Shown here: positions 28,231 through 38,751 of the stretch, piece by piece
How positions within the stretch are numbered: the stretch's first letter is position 1
How the letters are laid out: each line of letters begins with the position of its first letter
NCBI GenBank assembly: GCA_964509755.1
Contig: CAZDYU010000005.1
Span: forward strand, 524-64,523
Direction: 5' to 3'
DNA length: 64,000 nt
Source: an uncultured Terracidiphilus sp.
GTDB lineage: Bacteria; Acidobacteriota; Terriglobia; Terriglobales; Acidobacteriaceae
Program-made: the position numbers and the translations under genes
Notes under the pieces: model-generated
What the model was told of the DNA's origin: nothing
What the model saw: only the letters and a program-made list of their open reading frames with translations
Databases searched by the model: none

Positions 28231-29985
28231 TTGATATTCCTGCTCTTCCTTGCCTATCTCGGTGGCATTCTCACCATTCTCAGCCCGTGCATTCTTCCGG
28301 TGCTGCCGTTCGTCTTTGCGCGCGCTGACCAGCCTTTTCGCAAGAGCGGCCTTCCGCTGCTGGCTGGCATGGCGGCAACGTTTGCGCTGATTGCCAGCCT
28401 GGCAACCGTTGGCGGCGCATGGGCCGTGCGCGCCAATCAATTTGGCCGGATCGCCGCGCTGATTCTCTTCGCGGTCTTCGGCCTCACGCTGCTCTTTTCC
28501 TCGCTGGCCGAGCGGCTCTCGCGCCCTCTGGTTCAACTGGGCAGCAGGCTATCCGGGCAAGTGGACTCCGACCCAAGCTGGCTGAACTCGTTTCTCCTCG
28601 GCATTGCCACAGGCCTGCTATGGACGCCCTGCGCCGGACCAATTCTCGGGCTGATTCTTACCGGTGCGGCCGTCAGCGGAGCCAGCGTTCATACGGCAAT
28701 TCTTTTACTTTCCTACGCTGCCGGCGCCGCCACTTCCCTGGCTCTTGCGCTGCTCGCCGGAGGCCGCGTCTTTGCCGCGATGAAGCATTCTCTCGGCGCT
28801 GAACTTTGGATTCGCCGCGTTCTCGGAGTCGCCGTCCTGGCTGGCGTAGTTGCCGTCGCCTTCGGATTGGACCGCGGCGTCCTGACGCAACTTTCCCTGG
28901 CCAGCACATCGAGTCTTGAGCAGCGGCTCGTGACCCTGTTTAGCCGCTCCAGTCAGCCAACCCAGACAATCAAGATCTACGCCAATCCAGCAGCGACGCC
29001 AGCCGACAGCGATTCGGCCGGCGTGCCGCAAACGCTGCCCGATCTTTCCGGCGCTACTGCTTGGATCAATTCGCCGCCGCTGACCGCGGATTCGCTGCGC
29101 GGCAAAGTCGTGCTCATCGATTTCTGGACTTACTCCTGCATCAACTGCCTGCGTTCCCTGCCCTACATACAGGCATGGAATGAGAAGTACAAAGCAAGCG
29201 GCCTGGTGGTCATTGGCGTACATGCGCCCGAGTTTCCTTTTGAAAAGGATGAGGCAAATGTTCGCAAGGCAGTGCGCGATCTGGGCATCGACTATCCGGT
29301 TGCAATGGATAACAACTACAGCATCTGGCGCGGCTTCAATAACAAGTACTGGCCCGCGCACTACTTCATCGATGCCACGGGCCGCGTGCGTTTTCACCAC
29401 TTCGGCGAAGGCAATTACGATGAGTCTGAAGCCTGGATTCGCAGCCTGCTCGAAGAGAGAAACCACCAGCCAGTCCCGGAAACAACAGTAAAAATTGCCG
29501 CAACAGGCGCGGAGGTCGAGTCGAATTTTCTGGCCGTGCAATCGCCTGAGACTTATATCGGATACATTCGCGCCGAGAACTTTGCCTCGCCCGGCGGCTT
29601 CAAGCATGATCTTCCGCAGCTCTATCGCGCGCCTGTCCAGCTAGCTCTGAATCAATGGGCGTTGACAGGCCGATGGAAGGATGAAGGCCAGATTGCAACC
29701 GCGCTCTCCGCATCGGCAGGCATTGTCTATCGCTTTCATGCGCGCGATTTGCATCTTGTTCTTGGTCCGGGCAGCGCGCGCGAGCCGATCCGTTTTCGCG
29801 TAACACTTGACGGCAAACCACCCGCCGCGGATCACGGCGCAGACACCGATGCCGACGGTTACGGCACAGTGACGGAAAGCCGTCTCTACCAACTGATTCG
29901 CCAGAAAAACATTACGCGAGATCGTGTCTTCCGCATCGAGTTTCTTACGCCCGCGGTACAAGCATTTGCATTCACCTTCGGATGA
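28231..29985 (+). CDS. DipZ-like CcdA-thioredoxin fusion
   Basis: SPCILPVLP and [10 protein letters not shown] (CcdA); [10 protein letters not shown] (thioredoxin); C-terminal AFTFG; TTG start inferred. Confidence 0.88.
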   Translation: MIFLLFLAYLGGILTILSPCILPVLPFVFARADQPFRKSGLPLLAGMAATFALIASLATVGGAWAVRANQFGRIAALILFAVFGLTLLFSSLAERLSRPLVQLGSRLSGQVDSDPSWLNSFLLGIATGLLWTPCAGPILGLILTGAAVSGASVHTAILLLSYAAGAATSLALALLAGGRVFAAMKHSLGAELWIRRVLGVAVLAGVVAVAFGLDRGVLTQLSLASTSSLEQRLVTLFSRSSQPTQTIKIYANPAATPADSDSAGVPQTLPDLSGATAWINSPPLTADSLRGKVVLIDFWTYSCINCLRSLPYIQAWNEKYKASGLVVIGVHAPEFPFEKDEANVRKAVRDLGIDYPVAMDNNYSIWRGFNNKYWPAHYFIDATGRVRFHHFGEGNYDESEAWIRSLLEERNHQPVPETTVKIAATGAEVESNFLAVQSPETYIGYIRAENFASPGGFKHDLPQLYRAPVQLALNQWALTGRWKDEGQIATALSASAGIVYRFHARDLHLVLGPGSAREPIRFRVTLDGKPPAADHGADTDADGYGTVTESRLYQLIRQKNITRDRVFRIEFLTPAVQAFAFTFG

Positions 29986-30013
29986 AGATTTCCCCCTTCG
30001 GAAAGGAAGGCTC

Positions 30014-30637
30014 ATGAATCACTCTCAGCAGAATAATCCCTCCTCGAACCAGGCCGGTATTGCCCAACTCAGCAGGCGCGCGTTCATCGTAGCGGCCGCG
30101 GGCGCAATCAGCGGTGCGGCCTTCTGGGGCTTGCGCCGCACTACGCTTCTACAGCCGCAGCCGGTCTCTGCCGCCAGTGCTCCCGCCATGGTCACGATTG
30201 TCGAGTTTGACGGCAACGGCAAAAAGACTGGCAAAGTGACCGTCGCGCACATCGTAAAAACCGACGCCGAATGGAGACACCAACTCTCGGCAATCTCCTA
30301 CGATGTTACCCGCCGCGCGGGCACGGAGCGCGCCTATAGCGGCGATACATGGAACCTGCACGACAAGGGGATCTTCCGCTGCGTCTGCTGCGATACGGCG
30401 CTCTTCAGTTCGGAGACCAAGTTCGATTCCGGCACCGGATGGCCAAGCTTCTGGTCGCCAATTGCCCGCGAGAATGTTGTGGAATCGAATGACTCCAGCC
30501 TTGGGATGGATCGCACAGCAGTCTCTTGCCGTCGCTGCGATGCGCATCTCGGCCACGTCTTCCCCGACGGACCGCCGCCGACCGGCCTCCGCTATTGCAT
30601 GAATTCAGCGGCCATGCACTTTGTAAAACTGGCTTGA
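30014..30637 (+). CDS. msrB: Peptide-methionine (R)-S-oxide reductase with Tat signal
   Basis: [36 protein letters not shown]. Confidence 0.95.
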   Translation: MNHSQQNNPSSNQAGIAQLSRRAFIVAAAGAISGAAFWGLRRTTLLQPQPVSAASAPAMVTIVEFDGNGKKTGKVTVAHIVKTDAEWRHQLSAISYDVTRRAGTERAYSGDTWNLHDKGIFRCVCCDTALFSSETKFDSGTGWPSFWSPIARENVVESNDSSLGMDRTAVSCRRCDAHLGHVFPDGPPPTGLRYCMNSAAMHFVKLA

Positions 30638-30656
30638 ATTAACGAACCTGCGCGGG

Positions 30657-31340
30657 TTACTTCCCTTTGTATTCCTGGAATAACTCGGGAAACTCCTTCT
30701 TGAGCGCATCGATCTTGGGCCGGTCGCAAATTTGTATGTAAGGGTTTTCAGGATTGTGAAGCGCGTAATCCTGATGGTAAGACTCGGCTGCGTAAAAGCC
30801 TTGCAGCGGCACAACCTGAGTCACAATAGGCTTGGGAAAGAGATGCGCGGCGTCGAGCTGCGCAATATAGGCAAGGCTGATCTTGCGCTGTTCCTCATTG
30901 GTGTAGAAGATCGCCGAGCGGTAGGACGTGCCCACATCCGGCCCCTGCCGATTGAGCTGCGTGGGATCGTGCGCAACCGAAAAGAAAACCCGAAGCAGTT
31001 GTCCGTAAGTAATCTTCGCCGGATCGTAGACCACGCGCACCGACTCCGCGTGGCCAGTTGTCTCGGTTGTAACCTGGGCATAAGTCGCGGTTGCCGCGGA
31101 ACCGCCCGCATAGCCTGCCGTCGTCTCCAGCACGCCCTTCACGCGCTCAAATACCGATTGCGTGCCCCAGAAGCATCCGCCGGCAAAGACAGCGGTCTGC
31201 TTGCCCGGCGATTGAGCCAGAACAGCATCCACGGCGGCAGGTGGAACGGGAGTTTTTGTGGCGGCCTTGCACCCGGTGCAGGCAGCCAATATTACCGCGA
31301 ATGTCAGAAGCAGCTTGTGTGTCGCAGGGGAAGAAAACAT
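30657..31340 (-). CDS. msrA: Peptide-methionine (S)-S-oxide reductase with signal peptide
   Basis: FAGGCFWG, TGHAESV, RQGPDVGTSYRSAIF, AESYHQDY. Confidence 0.95.
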   Translation of the reverse strand: MFSSPATHKLLLTFAVILAACTGCKAATKTPVPPAAVDAVLAQSPGKQTAVFAGGCFWGTQSVFERVKGVLETTAGYAGGSAATATYAQVTTETTGHAESVRVVYDPAKITYGQLLRVFFSVAHDPTQLNRQGPDVGTSYRSAIFYTNEEQRKISLAYIAQLDAAHLFPKPIVTQVVPLQGFYAAESYHQDYALHNPENPYIQICDRPKIDALKKEFPELFQEYKGK

Positions 31341-31413
31341 CTAAGCCTCCAGGCTCTCAACGGCGAGAGTTTCACTGGTTTGATGTCAACCATCCAATTA
31401 AGTTACAGCCATT

Positions 31414-31705
31414 TCACACTCCGGCAAAGACGGCATAAGCATCGCGACTGGCATGAATGACGCGAAGAATCCGTATCTCTGCCGGCCTTACGCTATAGAA
31501 GATTACATGGTTATTGACGGGAAAAGTACGAATACTGGGACGCGCGTCCAGCTCAAGGCTCTTGCCGATATGAGGAAACGCCAAACTTATCGGTAATGGA
31601 ACTCACCACGCGCGTCGCAACGGCTTGGCTGCCGCTTTCCCGCGCAATGTAAAGCCACGTCGCATCGAGGTCTTCTCTGGCTTGAGGCGCCAAACGGATG
31701 CGCAT
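31414..31705 (-). pseudogene. Frameshifted ParE/RelE-family toxin
   Basis: MRIRLAPQAREDLDATWLYIA.. stops at 31553; a shifted frame continues FPHIGKS..IRTFPVNNHVIFY..ILRVIHASRD to 31414. Confidence 0.8.
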
Positions 31706-31971
31706 TAACGACCGGCGAGTCTGGCCGCGCCACGCTCTTTGACGGACTCAACCAGCAGGTGGAGGGTCTCGCTGGTATAACTCTCCCCTTCTCCAGCATC
31801 CAGAGATTGCTCGGCAAGATCAAGCGAGGCAATCAGTTCGACGCGCGCCCGCTCCCGCTTTTCCCACTGTGCCAAAGCCTGCCGCACGGCCTCGTCATAG
31901 TCTCGGAAGCGTCCTTCCTGGATTCCCAGATCGACAAAGGAACTTTGTGCTGGAGTTAGTTCAACCTGCAT
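31705..31971 (-). CDS. ParD-like ribbon-helix-helix antitoxin
   Basis: ELTPAQ..FV..I.EGRF..DEAVRQAL; TAATG overlap with the toxin start. Confidence 0.82.
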   Translation of the reverse strand: MQVELTPAQSSFVDLGIQEGRFRDYDEAVRQALAQWEKRERARVELIASLDLAEQSLDAGEGESYTSETLHLLVESVKERGAARLAGR

Positions 31972-32040
31972 AGTCCAAGCGTAGGACCGAAGCGGCGCGC
32001 TGTCAACAACTGCCTGAATATCGGCCCCTATTTCAGTTCC

Positions 32041-33465
32041 CTATTTCGGATCAACGCCGCGCTCGTCTTCTTCCACCGGCTCCACGCGGATTCTGGCGAT
32101 GCGGCGGCCTTCCATCTCGACCACCGTCAGTCGGCGGCCTTCGTGAATCACAAACTCGCCCGCCACCGGAATGTGGCCGAGCCGCATCAGCAGAAAGCCG
32201 GCCAGAGTTTCCACGCCGCCGTCGCGGGGCAGCTTCCACTGGATCTGCGTTTCCAGGTCGCGCAGATTCACGCCGCCGTCCATCAGCAGCGCTCCGGTGG
32301 CTGTCGTCAGCACAGGCAGCGCGGGCGAGTCGAACTCATCTTCCAACTCGCCAGTCAACTGCTCGATCGCGTCTTCAGCCGTGACCAGGCCAACCGTCGA
32401 GCCGTATTCGTCAACAACGATGGCGATCTGCCGGCGGCGGCTCTGGAACTCGCGGATGAGATCGAGAACGGTCTTGGTCTCTGGAACGACGAGGATGTCG
32501 CGCATGATCTGCGAAAGTTTAAGTTCGACAAGATGAGGCGGCGTTGCGCGAAGGTTCGCCGCATCCCCGCTCTCGGTCGCGCCAGCCTGCCCACCCAACT
32601 CCGCGGCGCCCCGCCGAAAAAAGATCAGCCGCGCCAGATCCTTGGAGTAAACAACGCCGACAATATGTTCCGGACCGCGGCTCTCATCGTAGACCGGCAC
32701 GCGTGAGCGCATCTGGTCGATTACGCGCTCGCTGGCAGTCTCAATGGGCATGTTCGAGGGCAGCGAAAAGATCTTCTGGCGCGGGATCATGATCTCGCGG
32801 ATCGGCACGTCGTCCATCTCCAGCGCGCGGTGGATCAGCGTCTCCTGCAAGGCGGGCAGCACTCCCATGCGGCGCGCGGCGGTGGCGATCAGTTTCAGTT
32901 CCTCGGGCGAGTGAACCTGGGCGCGCTCGGTCATCGGAATATCGAAGGCGCGCAGCACCATGGCCGCCGAGCCTTTGAGCAGGCGAACCGCCGGGCGGGC
33001 AATGGCGATAAAAACCAGCATCGGCGGAGCCACGGCGACGGCCAGTGCCTCGGCGCGGCGCAGAGCCAGCGACTTGGGCACCAGTTCGCCAACCACCACG
33101 TGAAAATATGTAATCAGAGCAAAGCCTAAGGTGACGGCGATGATGTGTGCGTAGAGCAGGGCATGGCTTTGCGCCAGCGGCAAGAGGCCGATCCAGCCCA
33201 AAATCACGCTGGCAGCCAGCGGTTCGCCGATCCAGCCCAGAGCCAGCGAGCATAGGGTAACGCCAAGCTGTACCGCGGGAAGAAAGTCGTCCAGATCGTG
33301 TTGCAGGCTGCGCACGGCGCGCGCCCCGGGAACTCCCGCGGCCAGCAACTGCTGGATGCGCGTATCGCGGATCGAGACCAGCGCAAACTCCGCGGCCACA
33401 AAAAAGGCGTTGGCCAGGATGAGCATGGCCACGGCGACAAACTCGAGCAGCGACAATCCGTGCAT
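32041..33465 (-). CDS. Hemolysin/CNNM (HlyC/CorC) family transporter-associated protein
   Basis: ANAFFVAAEFALV, GELVPKSLA, CBS pair, VVDEYG, CorC C-terminus. Confidence 0.92.
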   Translation of the reverse strand: MHGLSLLEFVAVAMLILANAFFVAAEFALVSIRDTRIQQLLAAGVPGARAVRSLQHDLDDFLPAVQLGVTLCSLALGWIGEPLAASVILGWIGLLPLAQSHALLYAHIIAVTLGFALITYFHVVVGELVPKSLALRRAEALAVAVAPPMLVFIAIARPAVRLLKGSAAMVLRAFDIPMTERAQVHSPEELKLIATAARRMGVLPALQETLIHRALEMDDVPIREIMIPRQKIFSLPSNMPIETASERVIDQMRSRVPVYDESRGPEHIVGVVYSKDLARLIFFRRGAAELGGQAGATESGDAANLRATPPHLVELKLSQIMRDILVVPETKTVLDLIREFQSRRRQIAIVVDEYGSTVGLVTAEDAIEQLTGELEDEFDSPALPVLTTATGALLMDGGVNLRDLETQIQWKLPRDGGVETLAGFLLMRLGHIPVAGEFVIHEGRRLTVVEMEGRRIARIRVEPVEEDERGVDPK

Positions 33466-33539
33466 CTGGCTGTGAGAATAGCACCGGACAGGGGTTAGGG
33501 GTTAGGGACTCTCAGTTCGTGGAGTAAGTCAAGTTTTGA

Positions 33540-33770
33540 AAGGGCACAACTTTAGTCGTGCCGTAAATGCCGCAATATCACCCCGGGCTTTACAGGCTGC
33601 GGAAATACTCTTCATGAGGCAATTCCCAATGGCTTTGTAATCAGGGCACGACTTTAGTCGGGCCAATAAAGCCCATCATATCAACGTAGGGCTTCAGCCC
33701 CTGCTACGCTCAATCGCGATTGCACCACCCGAACAGCTCTTTTCCGCAGCCTGTTTAGCCGCGGAGGGAT
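33540..33770. mobile_element. REP-like element with nested 161-bp MITE-like insert (33593-33753)
   Basis: Terminal IRs CAGGCTGCGGAAA / TTTCCGCAGCCTG flanked by TTTA on both sides; closely similar copy at 41731-41892. Confidence 0.75.
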
Positions 33771-34014
33771 GTTTTTTCGGCATTGTTGTCTTTTGCCACA
33801 GGTTGGTCCGGGGTTGCGTAATTATGTACGCCGCGCCCTGGGAACCAAGACGCCTTGGAGTGCGTATGAGAGAAAAGCAGCGAACGATTTGCGGGCGGCC
33901 TTGGTTCCTGTTGACAAATGCTAGCCACAGACCGTCTGAGTTCTGGGATACCTGCACAGGTCAATCGGCTACACTCATTCATCTATTGGTTTTATCGCGT
34001 TCTGGGAGGTTTCA

Positions 34015-35220
34015 GTGGCTTCATCGCGCAAGAGCAAAAAATTCTGGATTTGGCTGGGCAGCGGCGCAGTCGTTGTGGTTCTGCTGCTGGGTATTGGATT
34101 GGCGCGGCTCGCCAAAGGCTCCACCATCGATCCCAACAAACTGGCCAAGGTGACGCGCGGAGACGTGGCGCGATCGGTAGTGGCTACCGGCAAAATCCAG
34201 CCCATCACCAAGGTCGAGGTGAAGTCGAAGGCCTCCGGCATTGTGGAAAAGCTCTACGTGGACATCAACAACCAGGTGCACAAGGGCCAGGAGTTGGCGC
34301 AACTCGATCAGCAGGAGATCACCGCGCAGGTTGCGGCGCAGCGGGCGCAGCTCGCCTCGGCTGAGGCCAATGTGGGCACCTATGAGGCCAATGTCGAGCA
34401 GGATAAAGTGAATGCCGCCGCGCCCGACCTGCCCATGTACAAGGCCACTCTGGATCGCAATCTGGAGATGCAGAAGCAAGGCATTGTCAGTCGTCAGGCG
34501 CTGGACGATGCGGACAAAGACTATCTCGCCGCGCTGACCCGCCGCGATTCGTCCAAGGCGCAAATCGGCGTGGATTCAGCCAAGCTGAAACAGGCGCGGG
34601 CGCAGGTGATGCAGGCTCAAGCCAGTCTCAAACAACTCGAAGAGCAGTTGGGATATACCACCATCGTCGCGCCAATGGACGGCGTAATTCTCTCCCGCGA
34701 TGTCGAGATCGGCGACGCGGTCAGTTCCATCCTGGTGCTCGGCTCGACCGCCACGCTGGTCATGACCGAGGGCGACATCAATCAGGTTTATGTGCAGGGC
34801 AAGGTGGACGAGGCCGACATTGCCCACGTCTACATGGGCCAGCCGGCGCGCATCAAAGTCGAGAGCTTCCGCGACCGCGTCTTCAACGGCAAGGTGACCA
34901 AAATCTCTCCAATGGGCGTCGAGAAAGACAACGTCACCACCTTCGAGGTGCGCGTCTCCATCGACAATCCCGGCGGTGAGTTGAAGGCCAACATGACGGC
35001 CAATGCCGAGATCCTGCTCGACGAGCACAAGGGCGTGCTGACGGTGCCGGAGAACGCGGTCATCTACGACAACCAGAAGAAAGCGACCGTCGAGATTCCC
35101 GATAAGTCGAAGAAGGAAGGCACGCGCAAGGTTGCGGTGACGGTTGGATTATCCAACGGCTCAGTGACGGAGATTCTCAGCGGGCTGAAGGAAGGCGATC
35201 AAGTGGTTCTGCAGCAGTAA
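34015..35220 (+). CDS. Efflux RND/MacA-family periplasmic adaptor subunit
   Basis: N-terminal TM; VEVKSKASG.V..LYV, TTIVAPMDGV, VDEADI, GLKEGD.V. Confidence 0.9.
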   Translation: MASSRKSKKFWIWLGSGAVVVVLLLGIGLARLAKGSTIDPNKLAKVTRGDVARSVVATGKIQPITKVEVKSKASGIVEKLYVDINNQVHKGQELAQLDQQEITAQVAAQRAQLASAEANVGTYEANVEQDKVNAAAPDLPMYKATLDRNLEMQKQGIVSRQALDDADKDYLAALTRRDSSKAQIGVDSAKLKQARAQVMQAQASLKQLEEQLGYTTIVAPMDGVILSRDVEIGDAVSSILVLGSTATLVMTEGDINQVYVQGKVDEADIAHVYMGQPARIKVESFRDRVFNGKVTKISPMGVEKDNVTTFEVRVSIDNPGGELKANMTANAEILLDEHKGVLTVPENAVIYDNQKKATVEIPDKSKKEGTRKVAVTVGLSNGSVTEILSGLKEGDQVVLQQ

Positions 35221-35381
35221 TCAGTTGTCAGTTTTCAGTTGTCAGTTGTCAGTTGTCAGTTGTCAGTGAAAAGCAAGTTCATTGTTGTGGAAGGAGTTTA
35301 GGATTTCCCAAAAAACTCTTGCCATGTCGGATATGTTGCCTACGATTCAACCGAAAACTGAAGACTGAAAACTGAAAACTG
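35221..35381. repeat. Inverted 7-bp repeat arrays (TCAGTTG)n ... (AACTGAA)n
   Basis: Arrays at 35221-35267 and 35349-35381. Confidence 0.88.
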
Positions 35382-35399
35382 CGAAGCGAAAGGATCGAA

Positions 35400-36230
35400 A
35401 TGCACAAACTATGGATTGCAGCAGCGGCTCTGGCGCTGGCATCGCTTCCGGCGCTGGCATCGGAAGCTACATTTGAGCGCACGCTTACGGTCAGCGGGCG
35501 CGTGGAACTGTCGGTCGCGACCGGCTCGGGCAACATTCACATCACGCGCGGCTCGGGCAGCCAGGTGCATATCTACGGCAAGGTGAAGACCGGCTGGGGC
35601 GGCAGTGAAGAGCGAATGCGCGAGGTCGCGGCTCATCCGCCCATCGAGCAGACGGGCAACATCGTTCGCATCGGCGGCCATCATGAAAACCTGCACAACA
35701 TCAGCATCGATTACGAGATTCAAGCGCCGGAAAATGCCTTCATCGAGGCCAACTCCGGCTCCGGCGACGTGACCGTAGACGGCGTGGGAGATAACGCGCG
35801 CCTCTCCACCGGCTCGGGCAACATTCGCGCCACCGGCTTGCACGGCGGTTTCACGGCAGACACCGGCTCGGGCAACATTGACGCCGAGCAGACCGGCATT
35901 GGCGACGTGAAGGCGGAGACCGGCTCGGGCAACATCGACCTGCGCAATCTGCACGGCGGCCTGCGAGCGCATACCGGTTCGGGAAACATCAACGTGAGCG
36001 GAACGCCGGCCACGGAATGGAAGCTCGAAACCGGCTCCGGCAACGCGGAATTCTCAGCCGGCAACGCTGCGTTTACGCTCGACGCCTCCACCGGCTCGGG
36101 CAGCATTCACACCGATCGGGAGATGCTGACGCAGGGTACGCAAGACCGCCACCACGTCATCGGCAAGATCAACGGCGGCGGCCCAACGGTGCGCATTGAA
36201 ACCGGCTCAGGCGACATTCGCGTGCGATGA
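35400..36230 (+). CDS. DUF4097-like beta-strand repeat (putative adhesin) protein
   Basis: Signal peptide; many TGSGNI/TGSGD repeats. Confidence 0.85.
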   Translation: MHKLWIAAAALALASLPALASEATFERTLTVSGRVELSVATGSGNIHITRGSGSQVHIYGKVKTGWGGSEERMREVAAHPPIEQTGNIVRIGGHHENLHNISIDYEIQAPENAFIEANSGSGDVTVDGVGDNARLSTGSGNIRATGLHGGFTADTGSGNIDAEQTGIGDVKAETGSGNIDLRNLHGGLRAHTGSGNINVSGTPATEWKLETGSGNAEFSAGNAAFTLDASTGSGSIHTDREMLTQGTQDRHHVIGKINGGGPTVRIETGSGDIRVR

Positions 36231-36240
36231 CGCGATCGGC

Positions 36241-36455
36241 GAGGCAATTCCCTAAGGCTTTGTAATCAGGGCACGACTTTACAGGCTGCGGAAAAACTCA
36301 ATTCGGAGGGAGGCGGGGGTTTTAACCCCCGCATAAGGCCAACAGAATCAGCGCCGGCTTTAGCAGCGGAGGGAGACTTTCTGCCAGTTTCACTCGAATC
36401 TCCGAGTTTTTCCGCAGCCTCTTTAGCCCCTGCTGCCCTCAATCGCGATTGCAAC
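36241..36455. mobile_element. REP-like element with nested MITE-like insert (36282-36421)
   Basis: CAGGCTGCGGAAAAACTC ... GAGTTTTTCCGCAGCCTC flanked by TTTA; flanks match the interior of the 33593 element. Confidence 0.72.
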
Positions 36456-36609
36456 CTCCGAATAGCCCTTTTCCTGCGGCCTCCATAGCCCCGGAGCGAC
36501 TTTTCTTGGCAATGTTGGCTTTCGACAAGGATTGCCGTGGACTTTTCATGATCCGCCGAACATTCGAAATGCTCCTGTTCAAAGCCGAGTTTCAATTATG
36601 ATTTGATTC

Positions 36610-37161
36610 ATGAGCGAGAAAATGGCAGAACTCCGTCGCCGCTTTCATGCGCATGAAGGCGCGCGCGCCCAGGCCCTGAACGGCCTTCCCTTGGCCACTT
36701 TCGTCCAAAGAGTGCTGGGGTATTTCATCGACTTCATCCTCGCCATCGTGGTTTGGGCGCCGCTGGAATTTCTCTGGAAGCGCTTCCTCCTGCATCAGGA
36801 TCAGATCAATCTCAGTTGGGATTTCCACGAGGCCGGCAACGTCGTTGTCATACTCTTTTATTGGGGCCTATTCAACTACTTTGGCAATGGCCAAACCCCC
36901 GGTAAATGGACTGCGCGAACCAGAATTCTTTCGCTCACCACTGAGAGCATGGGTGTCTGGCAGTCCTTTGAGCGGGCGCTGGGTTATGGAGCGGCAGTGC
37001 TTGAGGGCGGTGTAGGTTTTTTGCAGTTCTTCTGGGATCGCAATCGGATGTGCGCCCAAGACCGTCTGGCGGAGACCATCGTCGTAGATCTGCGCAAGCG
37101 CGCAAATCCCTCGCAAGTGACCGATGCAATCGACGCCATTGAAGAGACTCAGGCCGTCTGA
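36610..37161 (+). CDS. RDD family membrane protein
   Basis: QRVLGYFIDF, GQTPGK, QDRLAETIVV. Confidence 0.85.
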   Translation: MSEKMAELRRRFHAHEGARAQALNGLPLATFVQRVLGYFIDFILAIVVWAPLEFLWKRFLLHQDQINLSWDFHEAGNVVVILFYWGLFNYFGNGQTPGKWTARTRILSLTTESMGVWQSFERALGYGAAVLEGGVGFLQFFWDRNRMCAQDRLAETIVVDLRKRANPSQVTDAIDAIEETQAV

Positions 37162-37219
37162 CTTCGCCATTGTCGATCAGGCCTTTTAGAACTGTGATGG
37201 TATCCAAGACCGAATGCGG

Positions 37220-38551
37220 TCAATGAAAATGCTCTGCCTCCACATCCAGGTGCGGAGCAGGTATGGAGCGCCGCCGCAAGTAGACCCACAGATAAAAAAT
37301 ACAAACAGCGACCAAGATAAGAGGAGCAGTCCGGAAGAGCAAAATATACAGCAGCTTTCCAAAGAGTGCCGTTATTTCCGGCTCTATCCCTTTGGTGAAT
37401 ACGAGTAGAATTCCCAGCGGAAAATCCCCGGTCATGGCAATCGCCGCGGTACTGGCCAGAAGCGCAAAACTACCCATCAGCCCGCCCTCTGCCCACAGCA
37501 TGGCGCAGGCAGGAACGGTGAGCAGCAGTAGTTTCGAGTCGTAAGGCCGATGATAGGTCACGAGCAAGGTAAGTGGCATGATAGCCGCCAATGCAAGCCA
37601 GTCCCGCGCCGCCGAAGGGCGCGACCTGACAGTGCGGACAGACCACGCAATCAGCAGCGCGCCGCAGAACAGATAACTTGCCGGATTGTAGATGCGCGCT
37701 TCGTCCCGGAAGACGCTCGCAACCGACTGCAGATCGATGATCTCGCTCGCGCTTTTCATGCTCGAGTTCTCGATCCCTGGATCGTTGAGAGCACCGTGTC
37801 CCGACATGGCCGTCAGATTGGAATGCTGTTCCTGCATCCAATGCGGCGCAACCTGCGATACCCATAAGACAGCCGGAAGACAAAGCGCGGCGGTTACCGC
37901 CAGGGTTTGCAGCGCGCGTTTCCGGTAAATCCCGCCCGCCAACAAGAAATAAAGCCAGATCAGGCCCGCGTCATGAGGCTTGATTGCCAGGCTAACCGCC
38001 AGGCAAAGAATCCCGGCTGGCACAAAACGCCGTTTGACAAAACACCAGACCGCAATTATGCATAAGCTAATTACGATTCCCGCGATGTTGCCACACAAAA
38101 GCAGATTCACGCTATTGACAACGCAAAATGCAATCAGGGCGCCCGAAAGCACTGGCGCATAACCTGCTCCAAGATCCCAGGCCAGAAAAGCGGCGAAGAT
38201 GAAACTCCCAGCGGTGACGATCAACCAAAGCAGATGCGCGCTTCCCCATGGCAGTAACGCAAACGGAACAACATAAATATAGGTGGTCGGCAAATTTGTA
38301 GCCAGCTTCATATTTGGAAGAAGCCCGTCCGTGGGCGAAATCGGATCTCCACCTTCCGCGAGATAAAGACGCAAAGGCTCGCCTTGCTTGTAAGGGTCTA
38401 TATGTTGAAGCAGGCAGCGCGTGTCGTAATATATCCCTTTGAAATCCCCCATCGCGCCGGAGTTCATGCTGTCCAGGTAAGTCCCAATCAATACAAACAG
38501 CAAGCTCCCCAATATTAAAAAATAAAGCCCATCCAGCCTGCCTCTCGTCAT
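37220..38551 (-). CDS. GT87-like (GT-C) membrane glycosyltransferase
   Basis: GDFKGIYY, multi-TM, SLAIKP, YHRPYD. Confidence 0.75.
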   Translation of the reverse strand: MTRGRLDGLYFLILGSLLFVLIGTYLDSMNSGAMGDFKGIYYDTRCLLQHIDPYKQGEPLRLYLAEGGDPISPTDGLLPNMKLATNLPTTYIYVVPFALLPWGSAHLLWLIVTAGSFIFAAFLAWDLGAGYAPVLSGALIAFCVVNSVNLLLCGNIAGIVISLCIIAVWCFVKRRFVPAGILCLAVSLAIKPHDAGLIWLYFLLAGGIYRKRALQTLAVTAALCLPAVLWVSQVAPHWMQEQHSNLTAMSGHGALNDPGIENSSMKSASEIIDLQSVASVFRDEARIYNPASYLFCGALLIAWSVRTVRSRPSAARDWLALAAIMPLTLLVTYHRPYDSKLLLLTVPACAMLWAEGGLMGSFALLASTAAIAMTGDFPLGILLVFTKGIEPEITALFGKLLYILLFRTAPLILVAVCIFYLWVYLRRRSIPAPHLDVEAEHFH

Positions 38552-38751
38552 CCTCAGCTTCCTTCCGCCCGCTCCCGGCCCGGTTTGATGATCTAACCAC
38601 CGATCATATCCGAATCCGATCGAATGACGAAGATTGGCTGCATGTCAATTGCGGCGCGGAAACCATCGTGGCGGATCTGCAAAGGAGTGCCAATCGCCGC
38701 AAGAGACCCAGAGTGCAGCCCCTTAAGAAGCTCACGCGCTCTGAACTGCCG

